From positions 4,402,001 through 4,466,000 of the forward strand of contig OZ024759.1 of assembly GCA_964016885.1 (NCBI GenBank): a stretch of DNA of 64,000 nt, in the 5' to 3' direction. How positions within the stretch are numbered: position 1 is the first letter of the stretch; every line of letters starts with the position of its first letter. Shown one piece after another: positions 51,680 to 64,000 of this stretch. Source of the stretch: Eledone cirrhosa. Lineage: Eukaryota. The position numbers and the translations under genes are program-made. The notes below the pieces were generated by a model. The model was not told the origin of the DNA. It saw nothing but the letters and a program-made list of their open reading frames with translations, and made no database searches.

Positions 51680-52137
51680 ACTGTTTACATTCCATTATAA
51701 TTTCATGTAAGAACCTTTGTTAAGTTACATTCCAAACCACCTGAAACTGCCCCAGGTTCTATGCTACAAAATTGTTTATTCCAAAGCCTTTATATTATCT
51801 AAAAATCTTCCATCTAATTTCATGTAAGAACCTTTGTTAAGTTACATTCCAAACCACCTGAAACTGCCCTTATTCCACTTTAAGTTTACGGTTCATTTCT
51901 TTTTCATTTAGAATTGTCTCCTGCAAGAACATAGATGAAAATGGATGAAAATGCACAAAAATTCAAACTGGTTATAATCAACAAGTAAAATCTTATTCAT
52001 TTTTTTTTTTTTGGCATGGCATTGGAAAAGCATCACACTGTCTAAAAAAGTCTGTCTTAAACCAGAAGGCTTGTTAGGCCAATGCTTATCTCGGTTTCAT
52101 GGCATGAAGCAACTTGAAGTACAAGACACCTTGCTGT

Positions 52138-53220
52138 GAAGGCACATGTCTTAGTGGTTAGAGCATTGGGCTTGCAATCGAAAGGTTGTGAGTTCAATTC
52201 TTGAGCAAGACACTTTATTTCACATTGCTCCAGTTTACTCAGCTGTAGAAATGAAATGATAGGACTGGGGTCCCTATCATTAAATTACTCTAGACACCTC
52301 CAACGAGATATACCTTGGAGGAGGCCAGCTAAACCTGCATATGTGTGAGCTGTAACAACAACAACCTCGCTGGACAGGACACCAGTCCATCACAGGGTTA
52401 AACCTCCAGCTATTACTGGTACTCATTTTCAGCTATATAATACAATATATTTTTCGTTAGGCTGGTGCTTATCTCTGTTTCATGGCGTGAAGCGACTGGG
52501 AGTACAAGATTCCCCCCTGGACAGGACACCAGTCCATCACAGGGTTAAACTTCCAGCTATTACTGGTACTCATTTTCAGCTGAGTATACTGGAGAAATGT
52601 GAAGTGAAGTGTTTTGCTCAAGAACACAACATGTAACCCAGCCCAGGAATTGAACCCATGACATTATGATTCTAAGTCCAACACCCTTACCACTAGGCAA
52701 TGCACCAAACTGTGCAACTCCTAAATATTTTTGTATCTCCTCGTGTTTGTGTTTTTGTAGTTTTTATGTCAAATGAATTCAGAGCATAATCGACATGTGA
52801 TGATTTCAACTAAAACCTGTTTCCCTATAAATATGAAACACCCTAATATATATGTATATATGTTAAAGGTATATTATAAAGAGAAAGGACCTGCTGGCTG
52901 AGCTCTTGCTCTTTATAAAATAGCCATGCTCTACTACCGCGGGCTTTGTGTTGTGTTCTTGAGCAAGACACTTTATTTCACGTTGCTCCAGTTCACTCAG
53001 CTGTGGAAATAGGTTGCGATGTCACTGGTGCCAAGCTGTATCGGCCATTGCCTTTCCCTTGGACAATATCAGTGGCATAGAGAGGGGAGGCTGTTATGCA
53101 TGGGCTACTGCTGGTCTTCCACAAAACAACCTTGCCCAGACTTGTGCCTTGGAGGGGAACTTTCTAGACTCAAATTCTATGGTCATTCGTGACCGAAGGA
53201 TCTCTTTACCTTTTACCCTT
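52138..53220. mobile_element. Cluster of SINE fragments (52138-52280 +, 52370-52705 -, 52940-53220 +)
   Basis: tRNA heads and the shared core ttgagcaagacactttatttcac..ctccag..actcagctg. Confidence 0.7.
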
Positions 53221-53323
53221 ACTAACCCATGTATCGAATACTCTGTTCAGTAATGGTCTAACTAGTTTTAAACTGGTTCTATCCTGATTTATGTTAAAGG
53301 TATAAAGGTATCTATATACTTAT

Positions 53324-53512
53324 GAAAGACCTCCACTTCACACATGCTAAGGCTAGGTCCTGACAGCAGAATTATTGTGATTTTGTTGCCCTTAACAGGA
53401 CTAGAACATTGCACATCAATAACTTTTGTCTTCTCTAGATTGGAAATCTTCTCACATATTCTGTGTTTTTTGTCTTTTGATACCAACACTATTATTGAGA
53501 ATTTATTTTGTG
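53324..53512 (-). CDS. Exon encoding the C-terminal half of a fucolectin/F5-8 type C-like domain
   Basis: Acceptor ttttctgcag, 189 nt, phase 1-1. Encodes ..QCSSPVKGNKITI..LSMCEVEVF (LSLCEVEV-type motif). The donor position reads ATAAGT rather than GTAAGT. Confidence 0.82.
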
Positions 53513-53906
53513 CTGCAGAAAAACATGGTAAGAAAGTTAAAACAAAAAACAAATAGCAATGGTATTTGGTGGTGATGGTGGTGAGGAGGAGGGAGATTTG
53601 GGTAAAGTTTAGTCAAAAACTGATTGGCAAACATGGGCTTGGACCAGTGCAAGATTTAGGGCACATGAAGCCCTGTGCTAGTTATGTTATGAGGCCTCTT
53701 ACTCGTAAAAAATTCATCATAAAAAATTGTGCCAAATTTAGAATTAACCCTTTAGCATTTAAACCGGTTGTATTCCGCCAGAATTTTCTCAACTCTTTCT
53801 ATTCAAACTGGCTGTAACTGGACACTCATACTTATATTAAGGTATTGTTCTCAAAATAAATAACATCAAAATCTCATAGATTCGATATTATGTGAGATAA
53901 TTATGA

Positions 53907-54122
53907 GGGCGGTGGATTGGCAGTATCGGTAGAGGGTCGGACGCCATGCTTTGCTGCATAGAGTTACGGCCCTTTATGATTTGAGTTCAATCCTGCCGAT
54001 GTTAACTTTGCATTTCATCCTTATGGGGTTGATAAAATAAAGTACCAGTCACTCACTGGGGTTGATTTAATCGACGTTCCCCCTACCCCAAAATTGCTGG
54101 CCTTGTGCCTATATAAAAAACC
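53907..54122 (+). mobile_element. SINE family B with 20-bp target-site duplication
   Basis: attatgtgagataattatga at 53887-53906 and 54123-54142. Confidence 0.85.
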
Positions 54123-54129
54123 ATTATGT

Positions 54130-55480
54130 GAGATAATTATGAGGTAAAGCCTTTACTGTGACAATACAATAGTATATATAGAGTAATGTAAATGTTGTGT
54201 GAGATATTATGTGAGGTAAAGCCTTTACTGTGACAATACAATAGTATATATAGAGTAATGTAAATGTTATGTGAGGTATTATGTGAGGTAAAGCCTTTAC
54301 TGTGACAATACAATAGTATATATAGAGTAAAGTAAATGTTATGTGAGATATTATGTGAGGTAAAGCCTCTACTGTGACAATACAATAGTATATATAGAGT
54401 AATGTAAATGTTATGTGAGGTATTATGTGAGGTAAAGCCTTTACTGTGACAATACAATAGTATATATAGAGTAATGTAAATGTTATGTGAGATATTATGT
54501 GAGGTAAAGCCTTTACTGTGACAATACAATAGTATATATAGAGTAATGTAAATGTTATGTGAGATATTATGTGAGGTAAAGCCTCTACTGTGACAATACA
54601 ATAGTATATATAGAGTAATGTAAATGTTATGTGAGATATTATGTGAGGTAAAGCCTCTACTGTGACAATACAATAGTATATATAGAGTAATGTAAATGTT
54701 ATGTGAGGTATTATGTGAGGTAAAGCCTTTACTGTGACAATACAATAGTATATATAGAGTAATGTAAATGTTATGTGAGATATTATGTGAGGTAAAGCCT
54801 TTACTGTGACAATACAATAGTATATATAGAGTAATGTAAATGTTATGTGAGATATTATGTGAGGTAAAGCCTCTACTGTGACAATACAATAGTATATATA
54901 GAGTAATGTAAATGTTATGTGAGGTATTATGTGAGGTAAAGCCTTTACTGTGACAATACAATAGTATATATAGAGTAATCTAAATGTTATGTGAGGTATT
55001 ATGTGAGGTAAAGCCTTTACTGTGACAATACAATAGTATATATAGAGTAATCTAAATGTTATGTGAGGTATTATGTGAGGTAAAGCCTTTACTGTGACAA
55101 TACAATAGTATATATAGAGTAATCTAAATGTTATGTGAGGTATTATGTGAGGTAAAGCCTCTACTGTGACAATACAATAGTATATATAGAGTAATGTAAA
55201 TGTTATGTGAGATATTATGTGAGGTAAAGCCTTTACTGTGAAAATACAATAGTATATATAGAGTAATGTAAATGTTATGTGAGATATTATGTGAGGTAAA
55301 GCCTTTACTGTGACAATACAATAGTATATATAGAGTAATGTAAATGTTATGTGAGGTATTATGTGAGGTAAAGCCTTTACTGTGACAATACAATAGTATA
55401 TATAGAGTAATCTAAATGTTATGTGAGGTATTATGTGAGGTAAAGCCTTTACTGTGAAAATACAATAGTATATATAGAGT
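54130..55480. repeat. 72-bp minisatellite, left block (~19 units)
   Basis: Unit aatgtaaatgttatgtgagatattatgtgaggtaaagcctttactgtgacaatacaatagtatatatagagt. Confidence 0.95.
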
Positions 55481-55717
55481 GGTTTCTTTATTTGCCACTA
55501 GGGCACAAAAGGTAGGGACAGATACAAGGGGGGAAGTTTACATATAATTAACGAGTACAAAAATATAACAATGAAATAACAACAACAAACGAAGTCCTCA
55601 ATAGGGAGGGGGCATTAACATGGGTCGCACACACCCCGGAAAAAATGTGCAACCCTTCTCCTCAGGAGCACAAAGAGTAGGTGCTTCCCTCGTCTCCTCT
55701 TTTTCCTGTTCTTTCAC

Positions 55718-58700
55718 CTACAGGCTGATATAGAGAGAAGACCCATTCACTCTGGCCATTCTCCCTACTTTCACCCACCTTTCATAAAACTTGCTGGGGT
55801 AGAGCACCTCTCTCTACATTCTGATCCTTCTTTTAAAATGGTATTTGAAAAAGAGGACCAGTTGTTGGCCGGAGAGAAAGGTGTCTGACCTCAGCCCTTT
55901 CAGCCTCGTCCACCATACAACTTCTTTAGCCATGGCTATCACACAGAGAAAAACCGCCTCTCCTTCGTTTTTGAAAGGGGGAGGCGCTTTGATCGTGACA
56001 ATGGACTCGGTGGTCAACCGGATTGGTTCCACCCTCAACAGTAGTCGTTCCACATAGCCCCACAGGTCAGCAATGCCTGGGCAGTGTACGAATGCGTGCG
56101 CAACGGTTTCGTCATCATGCACGCATCTCGGACAGATCTTATTCAAAGGATCTCTACCTAGGCTCCCATGCCTGTGGAGCTTGTCTCGAACGGGTAGAGC
56201 CCCTCGGTAGCACTGCCAAGCCAGGGACTTTTGGAAGTTGTCCATCGGTCCAGGGCCAAACGTCCTACCGAACAGACTGGCCAGTTCATCTTCCTCTATG
56301 CCTAGAGCTTCTCCGAGAGCATCGTCGCACCTGCTGCGTACCAACCCTCTATAGAATGTCGAGGTGGAGTCTCCACTGATTGCCGGGTCCGCTTTCCAGA
56401 GGGCCGTGAGCGCCTGGGCACATTCAATGTGCCAGTCGCCCACTTTTCTCGGTCTTTGCTTGACCCAGGATTGCAGCTCGGTGAGCGAGACGAGTCTGGG
56501 AAAGGCTCGCCTCACAAACGGGGCCCACACCGGTTGACCGGTGAGGAATACCTGGAGGTGCCGTAGCCTTAATGCGTATTTACGCATCTGTAGCCACGGC
56601 ATCCCCAGCCCTCCTTTCGAAGGGTGTTGACAGCAGATGGATCTCCTCACCAAAGGGGTCCGCTTGTTCCAAAGAAATTGGAACAGCGCGCACTCCATTT
56701 TGGCGAGTCTTTTCACTGGGCAAGGCACGACGGTCAAGCGGTAGTAGATGACGGATGCTATATAAGTATTCGCCACCTCCGCTCGACCTTTCAGGGATAG
56801 TTTGCACTGGGCCCACTTCTGGGTGAGTGCAAACAGCCTGGCCGTTACCTCGTTCCAGTTTTTCTCCACCTGGAGGTCTGGTCCGAACCAGACCCCAAGC
56901 AGCTTCACCGGGCCCTCCGTCCAGCGTCCGAGGACGTCGTTGGAGGGCATCGGTTTGCCTCTCCATGTTCCGAGTTGCAAACCGACGGACTTGTCCCGGT
57001 TCAGCTTGGCTCCTGTAAACCTTTCATATTCCTCCAGTAAGGTGCCGATCTCACCGATTTGCGAGGTTTTCGACACCATTACTGTCACGTCATCGGCGTA
57101 GGCCGACGCCGCTTTCTGCAATCCCGGTTCCAAAGGGATGCCCTGCAACCGCTCCAACTTCCGCAGTAGTGGCTCAAGAGCCAGCACATACAGTAGGGAG
57201 GAGAGAGGGTATCCCTGTTGGATGGATCGCATGATTTGGAATGGCTCCGAGAGGTGGCCGTTCACCTTGACCCTTGAGCAGACGTTGCTGCTGTGCATCG
57301 CAGCAATCCAACCCCTGAAAACGGGTCCGAAGCCTGCCGCCGCGAGCACCGCATCCAGGTAACGATGGTCAACCCTATCGAAAGCTTTAGATTGATCCAA
57401 GTTGATCAGGGCCCCACCCCAAAGCCGGTTTCATTCCCTACCCTCTCTATGATGTATCGCATAAGGTGGAGATTGTCGTGAATGGACCTGGACGGGATTG
57501 TGCATGTCTGCGCTTCTCCCACCAGGTTTCCAACGACAAGCGCCAACCTCTTCGCTAACACCTTGGCCAAAATCTTTAACTCTGTATTTAGCAGAGTTAT
57601 GGGCCTGAAGTTATTTATGTCATCCCCCTTGTTCTCATCCTTCCTCACCAGCGTAACTACGCCCTTGGTCACAGAACTGGGAATTCTCCCGTTCTGCTGC
57701 CAGTTGCAGTAGACAGCTTCGAAGATATCGGAGAACAAGTCCGGCATCGCTACATATAGCTCGTATGGTAGACCATCGAGACCCGGGGATTTGCGTTTGC
57801 TGCATTGGCTCAGCGCCGCCCCTATCTCAGCAGCTGAAATCGTCCTTTCGCAGGACTTCGCCTCCGCGTCCGAGAGGCGCGGCAGACCGTCGAGGTATGG
57901 ATTGAAATCCATAGTCTCACCCGGCGCGCCGCCCCTCTCGAACAGTCATGCAAAGTGCCACTGAAAGGCCGCACACATCTGCCCAGGTTCAAGGATCACA
58001 CGCCCATCCTGGTCCTTCAAAGACCGAATCGTGGACTTGTTACCACTTTTTGCCTCTGTCACTCGGGCCCAGCTCACAGCTTTGGCTCCCTCATTACCCA
58101 GAGCACGTATTTTACTCCTGACAACGCAGCCTTCATGCTTCACCTCAAAGAACTGGTCTAAGGCCATTCTTGATGCCAGCACGCCGGCTACATTGCCACT
58201 CCTAATCGCCTCATCTACTCTATCTACTAATTCCCTTTCCGTCTTGTTCCTATCCCTTGCTAATTCCTGACTAAAACCTATCGATTCTATTCTAATTGCT
58301 CTCTTAAGAGAGATTCACCACCTGTTGTTGACAATTGCCCCTGTCAAACTCTGCTTAACTAACGTGCTAATCCGTTTACTGTAAGCTTTGCTTCTCGGTA
58401 AGGACAAGTTCAGCTTCCAGTAACCGGGTCCCTGTCTATGGGTTCTATCAAGGTTGGCTATGCAGGTCACTAACTTGTGATCCGAATAGTCAACCATGAA
58501 CATTTTTGGACAGCTAAATGTGTCCCTATCCTTCTCTCTAACTAGGACCCTATCTAGGTACGACCTAGATGTTCCACTGCGATTGGTCCACGTCCATAGT
58601 GGTACAGTCGGAAAATCTAGTCGATATCTATCGGCCAGGTCAAATCGGCCGATTAACCTTTTGAGGCTTTTACACCCCCCTCTATTGGCACATGCCCCTA

Positions 58701-59162
58701 CATAGTCCCAACGTGCATCCAGGATACCATTCCAGTCCCCCACTAAAAGCAAGGAGCGGGACGTTCCCAGAAAAGTTTCCAGACGTTGGAAGTATTCCGG
58801 CCGCGCTGCCCAAAAAGGGGCGTACACAGCTATTAGTCTAAGGGCTCCACTTTCACTACTGCCGACGTCTAAAACCACCAGTCGACCCTCCGGGTCCAGG
58901 TGCACCTTCTGTATGGCGAGGCCCAGGTGTTTTCGCAGCAGAACAACAACTCCACCCCCACCCCCCCACCCGGTTGACAGAGAGATGCGAAGATCTCAAA
59001 GTCGTCGAAGAGGGGCGCCAGTTGGTGCTCGCTGCTGATCCTGGACTCGCAAATAGCCATTACATCCATTCTATGCGACCTGAGATCGTTTAAAAGTTTG
59101 CCTTGTTTCCAAGACAGTCCCAGGCCGCGTACATTCAGACACCCAACTCTTATATCAGCCAT
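55718..59162 (-). pseudogene. Tx1/L1 ORF2 (endonuclease-reverse transcriptase), disrupted
   Basis: Motifs CLNVRGL, AVYAP, GDWN, YLDR, SDHK, KSPGLDG, FRPITLLN, DQSKAFDRV, QG.PLS, YADD and CPRC..ETVAHAFVHC. Frameshifts at ~58950 and ~57410; in-frame stops at ~58315, ~57946 and ~55814. Confidence 0.9.
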
Positions 59163-59183
59163 GTTGGTTAAAAGAGGAAGGAC

Positions 59184-60895
59184 CTACCTGTTCGGCTCCT
59201 GAGGAGCAGGTTGCACAATATCCATGGGCGTATTGGAGGGGTTGTTTGGTGGGGTGTTGTTCTGTGGTGGAGTGGGGGTGTTTGGTGAGGTGTGGGTGGG
59301 GAAACGTTTCAAGAGGACGCGGTTATAGGGTCGAGTACATGTTTTCCCCACGTCCTCAGGAAAGTTCTCTCTTAGTTTTGCATAGGTGTCCATTGGGAGT
59401 CTTATCATTTTTAAATGCGGTTTGTTGGCCGCGCTTGCAAAGAATTGCCCTTCAGTTTCCACCGAAGGGTCTTTGTGTATTGTTTTTACTAGTTCTTTGT
59501 TATTTGTGTTAATGTATGTATACTGTTTTATTTGTGTTGTGTTTGTTTGTTGTTCTTGTGTGTGCTTACGTTTTGTTGTATGTGTTATGTTTTGGGGTGG
59601 GGCGGATTTTGTTTGTTCTGTTTGTTTTGTTTTTGTTGGTGGTTGTGTGTTTGTTTCGTTTATGTTCGAGTGGTGCTTTCTTTTTTTCCTTTTTACAGGT
59701 TGGAAGGGTTCCTCTTCTTCGTCACTAGGTGCCGTTTCAGCTGGGTCCTCGTCCGTGTTGTCGGGTAGTGGTGTATTTTGGGGTTTTGTTGTATTTGTGT
59801 GTGTTTTGGGAGTTGTTTTGGGTGGGGCCGTGTCTTGTGTTATTTTTCCGTGTTGTTTTTGTTGTTGTTGTGGTGGTGGCGGTGGTGGTGTGTGGGGTGT
59901 AGGCAAAAGAGCCTTTTTTTTGTCAATTGAGGACAAGCAGCCCTTAGATGACCCCTGCTTGAACAGTAGTAACATATGGGCCTCCTACCCTCGGCTGAAA
60001 TGTATATAAATGTTTCTCCATCGAGGGACACCCTCTGTGGTATTCTAGCTATTCGTTCTGATCTCATTTGGACCAGAACCTCCACGCTCAAACCGCCGAA
60101 AACGTCTGTGGTGACTTCTCCTACTGAGAGGATTCCGTCCTCGTCTTCTAAAAATCCTGTTAGTACCCAGGAAATGCATGCATTTGGCCGGATTCCGGAG
60201 ACCCTTATCTTCTGCGTTCTTTTCCCTAAATATGTGGGGAAAAATGTATGTAGCTTGGAAACAATTGGCGCCACAGAGTATTTCCTGGCCGTCAATTGAT
60301 CCTTCATTAGGACCGTTATATTCCCATAGAGTGGCCCTTTTTGTATGAACGATATATCACTCCACACATTTTTTAGGACCAGCTCAATCTCTTTTTGGGA
60401 TAATTGAGCTGGTTTCCTTGTTATGTTGGAAATTGTTCTGAAAGATATCGTTCTTAGCGTCGTGTCTCTTTTGATTTCTTGTGGGGAGGTGATTGTGAAG
60501 TCTCCTCCTTCTTTGAAAGTTACATACTGTTTCGCTTCCTTCATCTTTTCTCTCAGAGTTGTAATGTCCAGTTGCTTGCAGGTTTGTGTTTTCCGGACCG
60601 CCTGTGCAAAGGAGGCACCAGTAGTGGGTTCGCTTTGTTTGGTGTTATCGTTATTTTTTCCTTGGTTGGTGTTGTGACTATTGCTGTTATTGTCGTTGTT
60701 GTTTTTGTCTGCGTTTATGTGACTTTCTGGGTTTTCACCCATTTTTACAAATTTTTCTTTTAATTCCGTGTTCCATGTTTCTTTTGCAGAAGTGAGGAGG
60801 GAAGACTTAGAGCCTTGTGGTTCTAGCTTCTCTGTATCACCTTTCTTAGGGGGCGTGGCTTTCACGTTAGGATGAGATGTGAAAATTCCGTCCAT
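59184..60895 (-). pseudogene. Tx1/L1 ORF1 (gag-like zinc-knuckle protein) with one frameshift
   Basis: Starts MDGIFTSH; contains SFAQAV and CYYCSSRGHLRAAC; frameshift in an A-run at ~59915; Pro/Thr-rich tail; stop ~21 nt before the ORF2 ATG. Confidence 0.82.
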
Positions 60896-60940
60896 TTCTA
60901 TTAGTTTGCACACGTCAACACACGTCTCTCGTATACGAGA

Positions 60941-62080
60941 TGTTATGTGAGATAAAGCCTTTACTGTGAAAATACAATAGTATATATAGAGTAATGTAAA
61001 TGTTATGTGAGATATTATGTGAGGTAAAGCCTTTACTGTGACAATACAATAGTATATATAGAGTAATGTAAATGTTACGTGAGATATTATGTGAGGTAAA
61101 GCCTTTACCACAAAAATACAATAGTATATATAGAGTAATGTAAATGTTATGTGAGATATTATGTGAGGTAAAGCCTTTACTGTGAAAATACAATAGTATA
61201 TATAGAGTAATGTAAATGTTATGTGAGATATTATGTGAGGTAAAGCCTCTACTGTGAAAATACAATAGTATATAAAGAGTAATGTAAATGTTATGTGAGA
61301 TATTATGTGAAGTAAAGCCTTTACTGTGACAATACAATAGTATATATAGAGTAATGTAAATGTTATGTGAGGTATCATGTGAGGAAAAGCCTCTACTGTG
61401 ACAATACAATAGTATATATAGAGTCATGTAAATGTTATGTGAGATATTATGTGAGGTAATGCCTTTACCACAAAAATACAATAATATATATAGAGTAATG
61501 TAAATGTTGTATGAGGCATTATGTGAGGTAAAGCCTTTACTGTGAAAATACAATAGTATATATAGAGTCATGTAAATGTTATGTGAGATATTATGTGAGG
61601 TAAAGCCTTTACTACAAAAATACAATAGTATATATAGAGTAATGTAAATGTTACGTGAGATATTACGTGAGGTAAAGCCTTTACTGTGAAAATACAATAG
61701 TATATATAGAGTCATGTAAATGTTATATGAGGTATTATGTGAGGTAAAGCCTCTACTGTGAAAATACAATAGTATATATAGAGTCATGTAAATGTTATAT
61801 GAGGTATTATGTGAGGTAAAGCCTCTACTGTGACAATACAATAGTATATATAGAATAATGTAAATGTTATGTGAGGTATTATTTGAGGTAAAGCCTTTAC
61901 TGTGACAATACAATAGTATATATAGAGTAATGTAAATGTTATGTGAGATATTATGTGAGGTAAAGCCTTTACTGTGACAATACAATAGTATATATAGAGT
62001 AATGTAAATGTTATGTGAGATATTATGTGAGGTAAAGCCTTTACTGTGAAAATACAATAGTATATATAGAGTAATGTAAA
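60941..62080. repeat. 72-bp minisatellite, right block (~16 units)
   Basis: Same unit and orientation as 54130-55480; runs into the MITE terminal repeat. Confidence 0.95.
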
Positions 62081-62176
62081 TGCTAAAGAGTTAAAACATA
62101 ACTTAACAAATGTTCTTACATAAAGTTAGGATAGAAGGTTTTAAGATAGTTATAAACATTTTATCATAAACTAAGA

Positions 62177-62720
62177 TGCGTGGCTCTGTGTTTAGAGTAT
62201 TCGCCTCACAATCGTAAGGTCATGAGTTTGTTTACCAGCGGAGTGTTGTGTCCTTGAGCAAGACACTTTATTTCATATTGTTCCAGTTCACTCAGCTGGC
62301 AAAAATGAGTTGTACCTGTAATTCAAAGGGTCAGCCTTGTCACACTCTGTGACATGCTGAATCTCCCCGAGAGCTATGTTAACCCTTTAGCATTTAAACT
62401 GGCCATATCCGGCCAGAATTCTCTCACCTCTTTCTGTTCAAACCAGCCATAACTGGCTGCTCATACTTATGTGAAGGTATTGTTCTCAAAATATATAATA
62501 TCAAAATCTCATAGATTTGATATTATGTGAGATAATTATGTAAGATAAAGCCTTTACCACAAAAATGTAATATTAGATATGGAGTAATGTAAATGCTAAA
62601 GGGCTAAGGGTATGCATGTCTGTGGAATACTAAGCCACTTGCACGTTAATTTCATGAGCAGGCTGTTCCAGTAATAGTGTCAACTGGAACACTCATTGTT
62701 GTAACCGACAGTGCCAGTTC
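62177..62720 (+). mobile_element. tRNA-derived SINE interrupted by a MITE
   Basis: SINE head and core at 62177-62378. The body resumes after 62606 (gggtatgcatgtctgtgg..). Confidence 0.65.
62379..62607. mobile_element. piggyBac-like MITE (unexpanded) inserted at a TTAA in a SINE
   Basis: ttaa-ccctttagcatttaaactggccatatccggcc ... taaatgctaaaggg-ctaa. Confidence 0.82.
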
Positions 62721-62834
62721 AAGTTCAAGGGGTAGAGTTGATTCAGACAGTTTGGTATCCAAACAGTTAAACAATTAGGAACATGTGTGTTTCATGCCAT
62801 TTATAAATAAATGTCTTTAGGTGACATTCTAGAA

Positions 62835-63715
62835 CAGAAGTTCTCAAACTTTTTGGGGCCATCGCCCCCCACAGGGCCTTGTAATACCCTCTAAAACGCC
62901 ACACCTATTTCCAGAGAGACCTACCTACAAGCAAATTGTAAATAATATAAAAAAAAGGAACGATGGACTTTCGTCAAATCGGACCGAGGAAACAATGTTT
63001 CCGTTGGTCTTTCCAATTGCTAATACTATCTATCGGTCGCAACTCCAGGTAGAAGGAGCAACGTGAAATAAAGTAAATAATATATAATACATAAAATGGT
63101 TGATATATAATAAATAATTCTTTCTACTTTTGGCACAAGGCCAGCAATTACTCCAGTATATTACTGGTACTGTATTTTATCGACCAAGTAAAGGTGAAAG
63201 CAAAATTAACCTAGGAGGGATTTAAAGTCAGATCATAAGGGGCCGTAACTCTATGCTGCAAAGCATGGTGTCCTACCTTCTATAATATATCGACAGTCGA
63301 TCAACTTCCATCAAATTGGACCACGGAATCAATGCTTCCATTGGTCTTTCCAATTGCTTGGCAGTTCTTTACCCAGCTGTCATCCACCATGCGCATCACA
63401 TGTCCATACCAACACAGTCTTCTCTCCCACACACTACAACTTATCCCTCTTATACACAGTTTCTCTCTCAACTCGTCTATACTTTGTCGTTCACATACAT
63501 TGACATCACACATGCAACAGCATATACTTGCTTCATTTCTATCCACTATATAATATATACTATGTATCAATAAATATCATATACTTTTTTATTTTACTAT
63601 ATTTATATATAAAATTTATCATTTGATATTTGATATACTATTATATCCTCTCCACCCCCATCCTTAAGCCCCAGCACCCCTCTTGGGGCAGTAGCACCCA
63701 CTTTGAGAACCTCTG
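62835..63715. mobile_element. hAT (Charlie-like) element with nested SINE B (~63113-63285) and RTE fragment (~63345-63550)
   Basis: Termini cagaagttctcaaa / tttgagaacctctg with 8-bp TSD ttctagaa/ttctagag (NTCTAGAN type). Nested minus-strand RRLCWYGHVMRM. Confidence 0.75.
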
Positions 63716-63794
63716 TTCTAGAGGGAAGTGAAATTGTAAAGTGTAACAGGCAAGAAGACAACATTTTTCCAAACAAACAAAAAAACCAACTTAC

Positions 63795-64000
63795 TATCAA
63801 TATAGTTATAATATATCCTTAGTTGGGAAATATCGTATGTTTGTCTGAGTTCAAGAGTCCACAATGATCTTGGAGAGCTCATTGTATGAGAACAAGATCT
63901 GTGTTGTGGGTTTTGATCGAAGTTACCATCTTCAGCCAGGTTAGCTGACATTGAGTACATTTCATTGCGACAAACATTGTTTTTCATTAGAATTACACTG
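63795..64000 (-). CDS. Exon encoding the N-terminal half of a fucolectin/F5-8 type C-like domain (5' boundary at or beyond the window edge)
   Basis: SANLAEDGNFDQNPQHRSCSHT..SLWTLEL..YDISQLRIY matches the A.DGN..CSHT..WW.VDL pattern. Donor gtaagt, phase 1, in frame with the 53512 exon. Confidence 0.85.

Larger units (their letters stand above)
55481..60940 (-). mobile_element. Near full-length L1/Tx1-clade non-LTR retrotransposon
   Basis: ORF1 with CCHC knuckle and ORF2 with APE, RT and C-terminal CCHC. AATAAA lies just before the 3' junction. Flanked on both sides by the same minisatellite. Confidence 0.93.
53744..62094. mobile_element. piggyBac-like MITE inflated to ~8.35 kb by a SINE, a 72-bp minisatellite expansion and a Tx1-like LINE
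   Basis: Left end ttaa-ccctttagcatttaaaccgg, right end aatgtaaatgctaaagag-ttaa. The internal order matches the short copy at 62379-62606. Confidence 0.8.

Noticed and set aside
51890-51921. Possible small minus-strand exon after a ttcttgcag acceptor
   Set aside because: It would need an alternative donor truncating the conserved EVEVF motif, and it has no domain similarity.
59840-62057. 512-aa and 380-aa ORFs beginning in the 72-bp repeat
   Set aside because: The repeat-derived portions are translation artefacts; the real ORF1 most plausibly starts at 60895.

Overview
Eukaryotic, AT- and microsatellite-rich animal DNA. The SINE, RTE and Tx1 repertoire and the exon types suggest a mollusc, probably an octopus (inference). 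Main contents: (1) a ~27 kb satellite (6.3-33.3 kb) of 15/17-bp TCTACAGTGTC(TG)n units with kb-scale higher-order duplications, ending abruptly inside an RTE LINE ORF; (2) two spliced minus-strand fasciclin (FAS1)-like exons at 4.3-6.0 kb; (3) six phase-1 minus-strand exons (46-64 kb) of a fucolectin/F5-8-type plus multiple-EGF protein, one with a non-GT donor; (4) a near full-length but disrupted L1/Tx1-clade retrotransposon inserted in a 72-bp minisatellite, which itself grew inside a TTAA-flanked piggyBac-like MITE; (5) hAT MITEs, tRNA-derived SINEs, RTE and CR1 fragments and several minisatellites. The most notable hidden signal is a set of minimal type-I hammerhead ribozyme motifs in at least three sequence families. 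They sit in microsatellite-rich, inverted Penelope-like (retrozyme-like) repeats. The long Cys/Val/Ser/Thr and Tyr/Ile ORFs in the ORF track are repeat artefacts.
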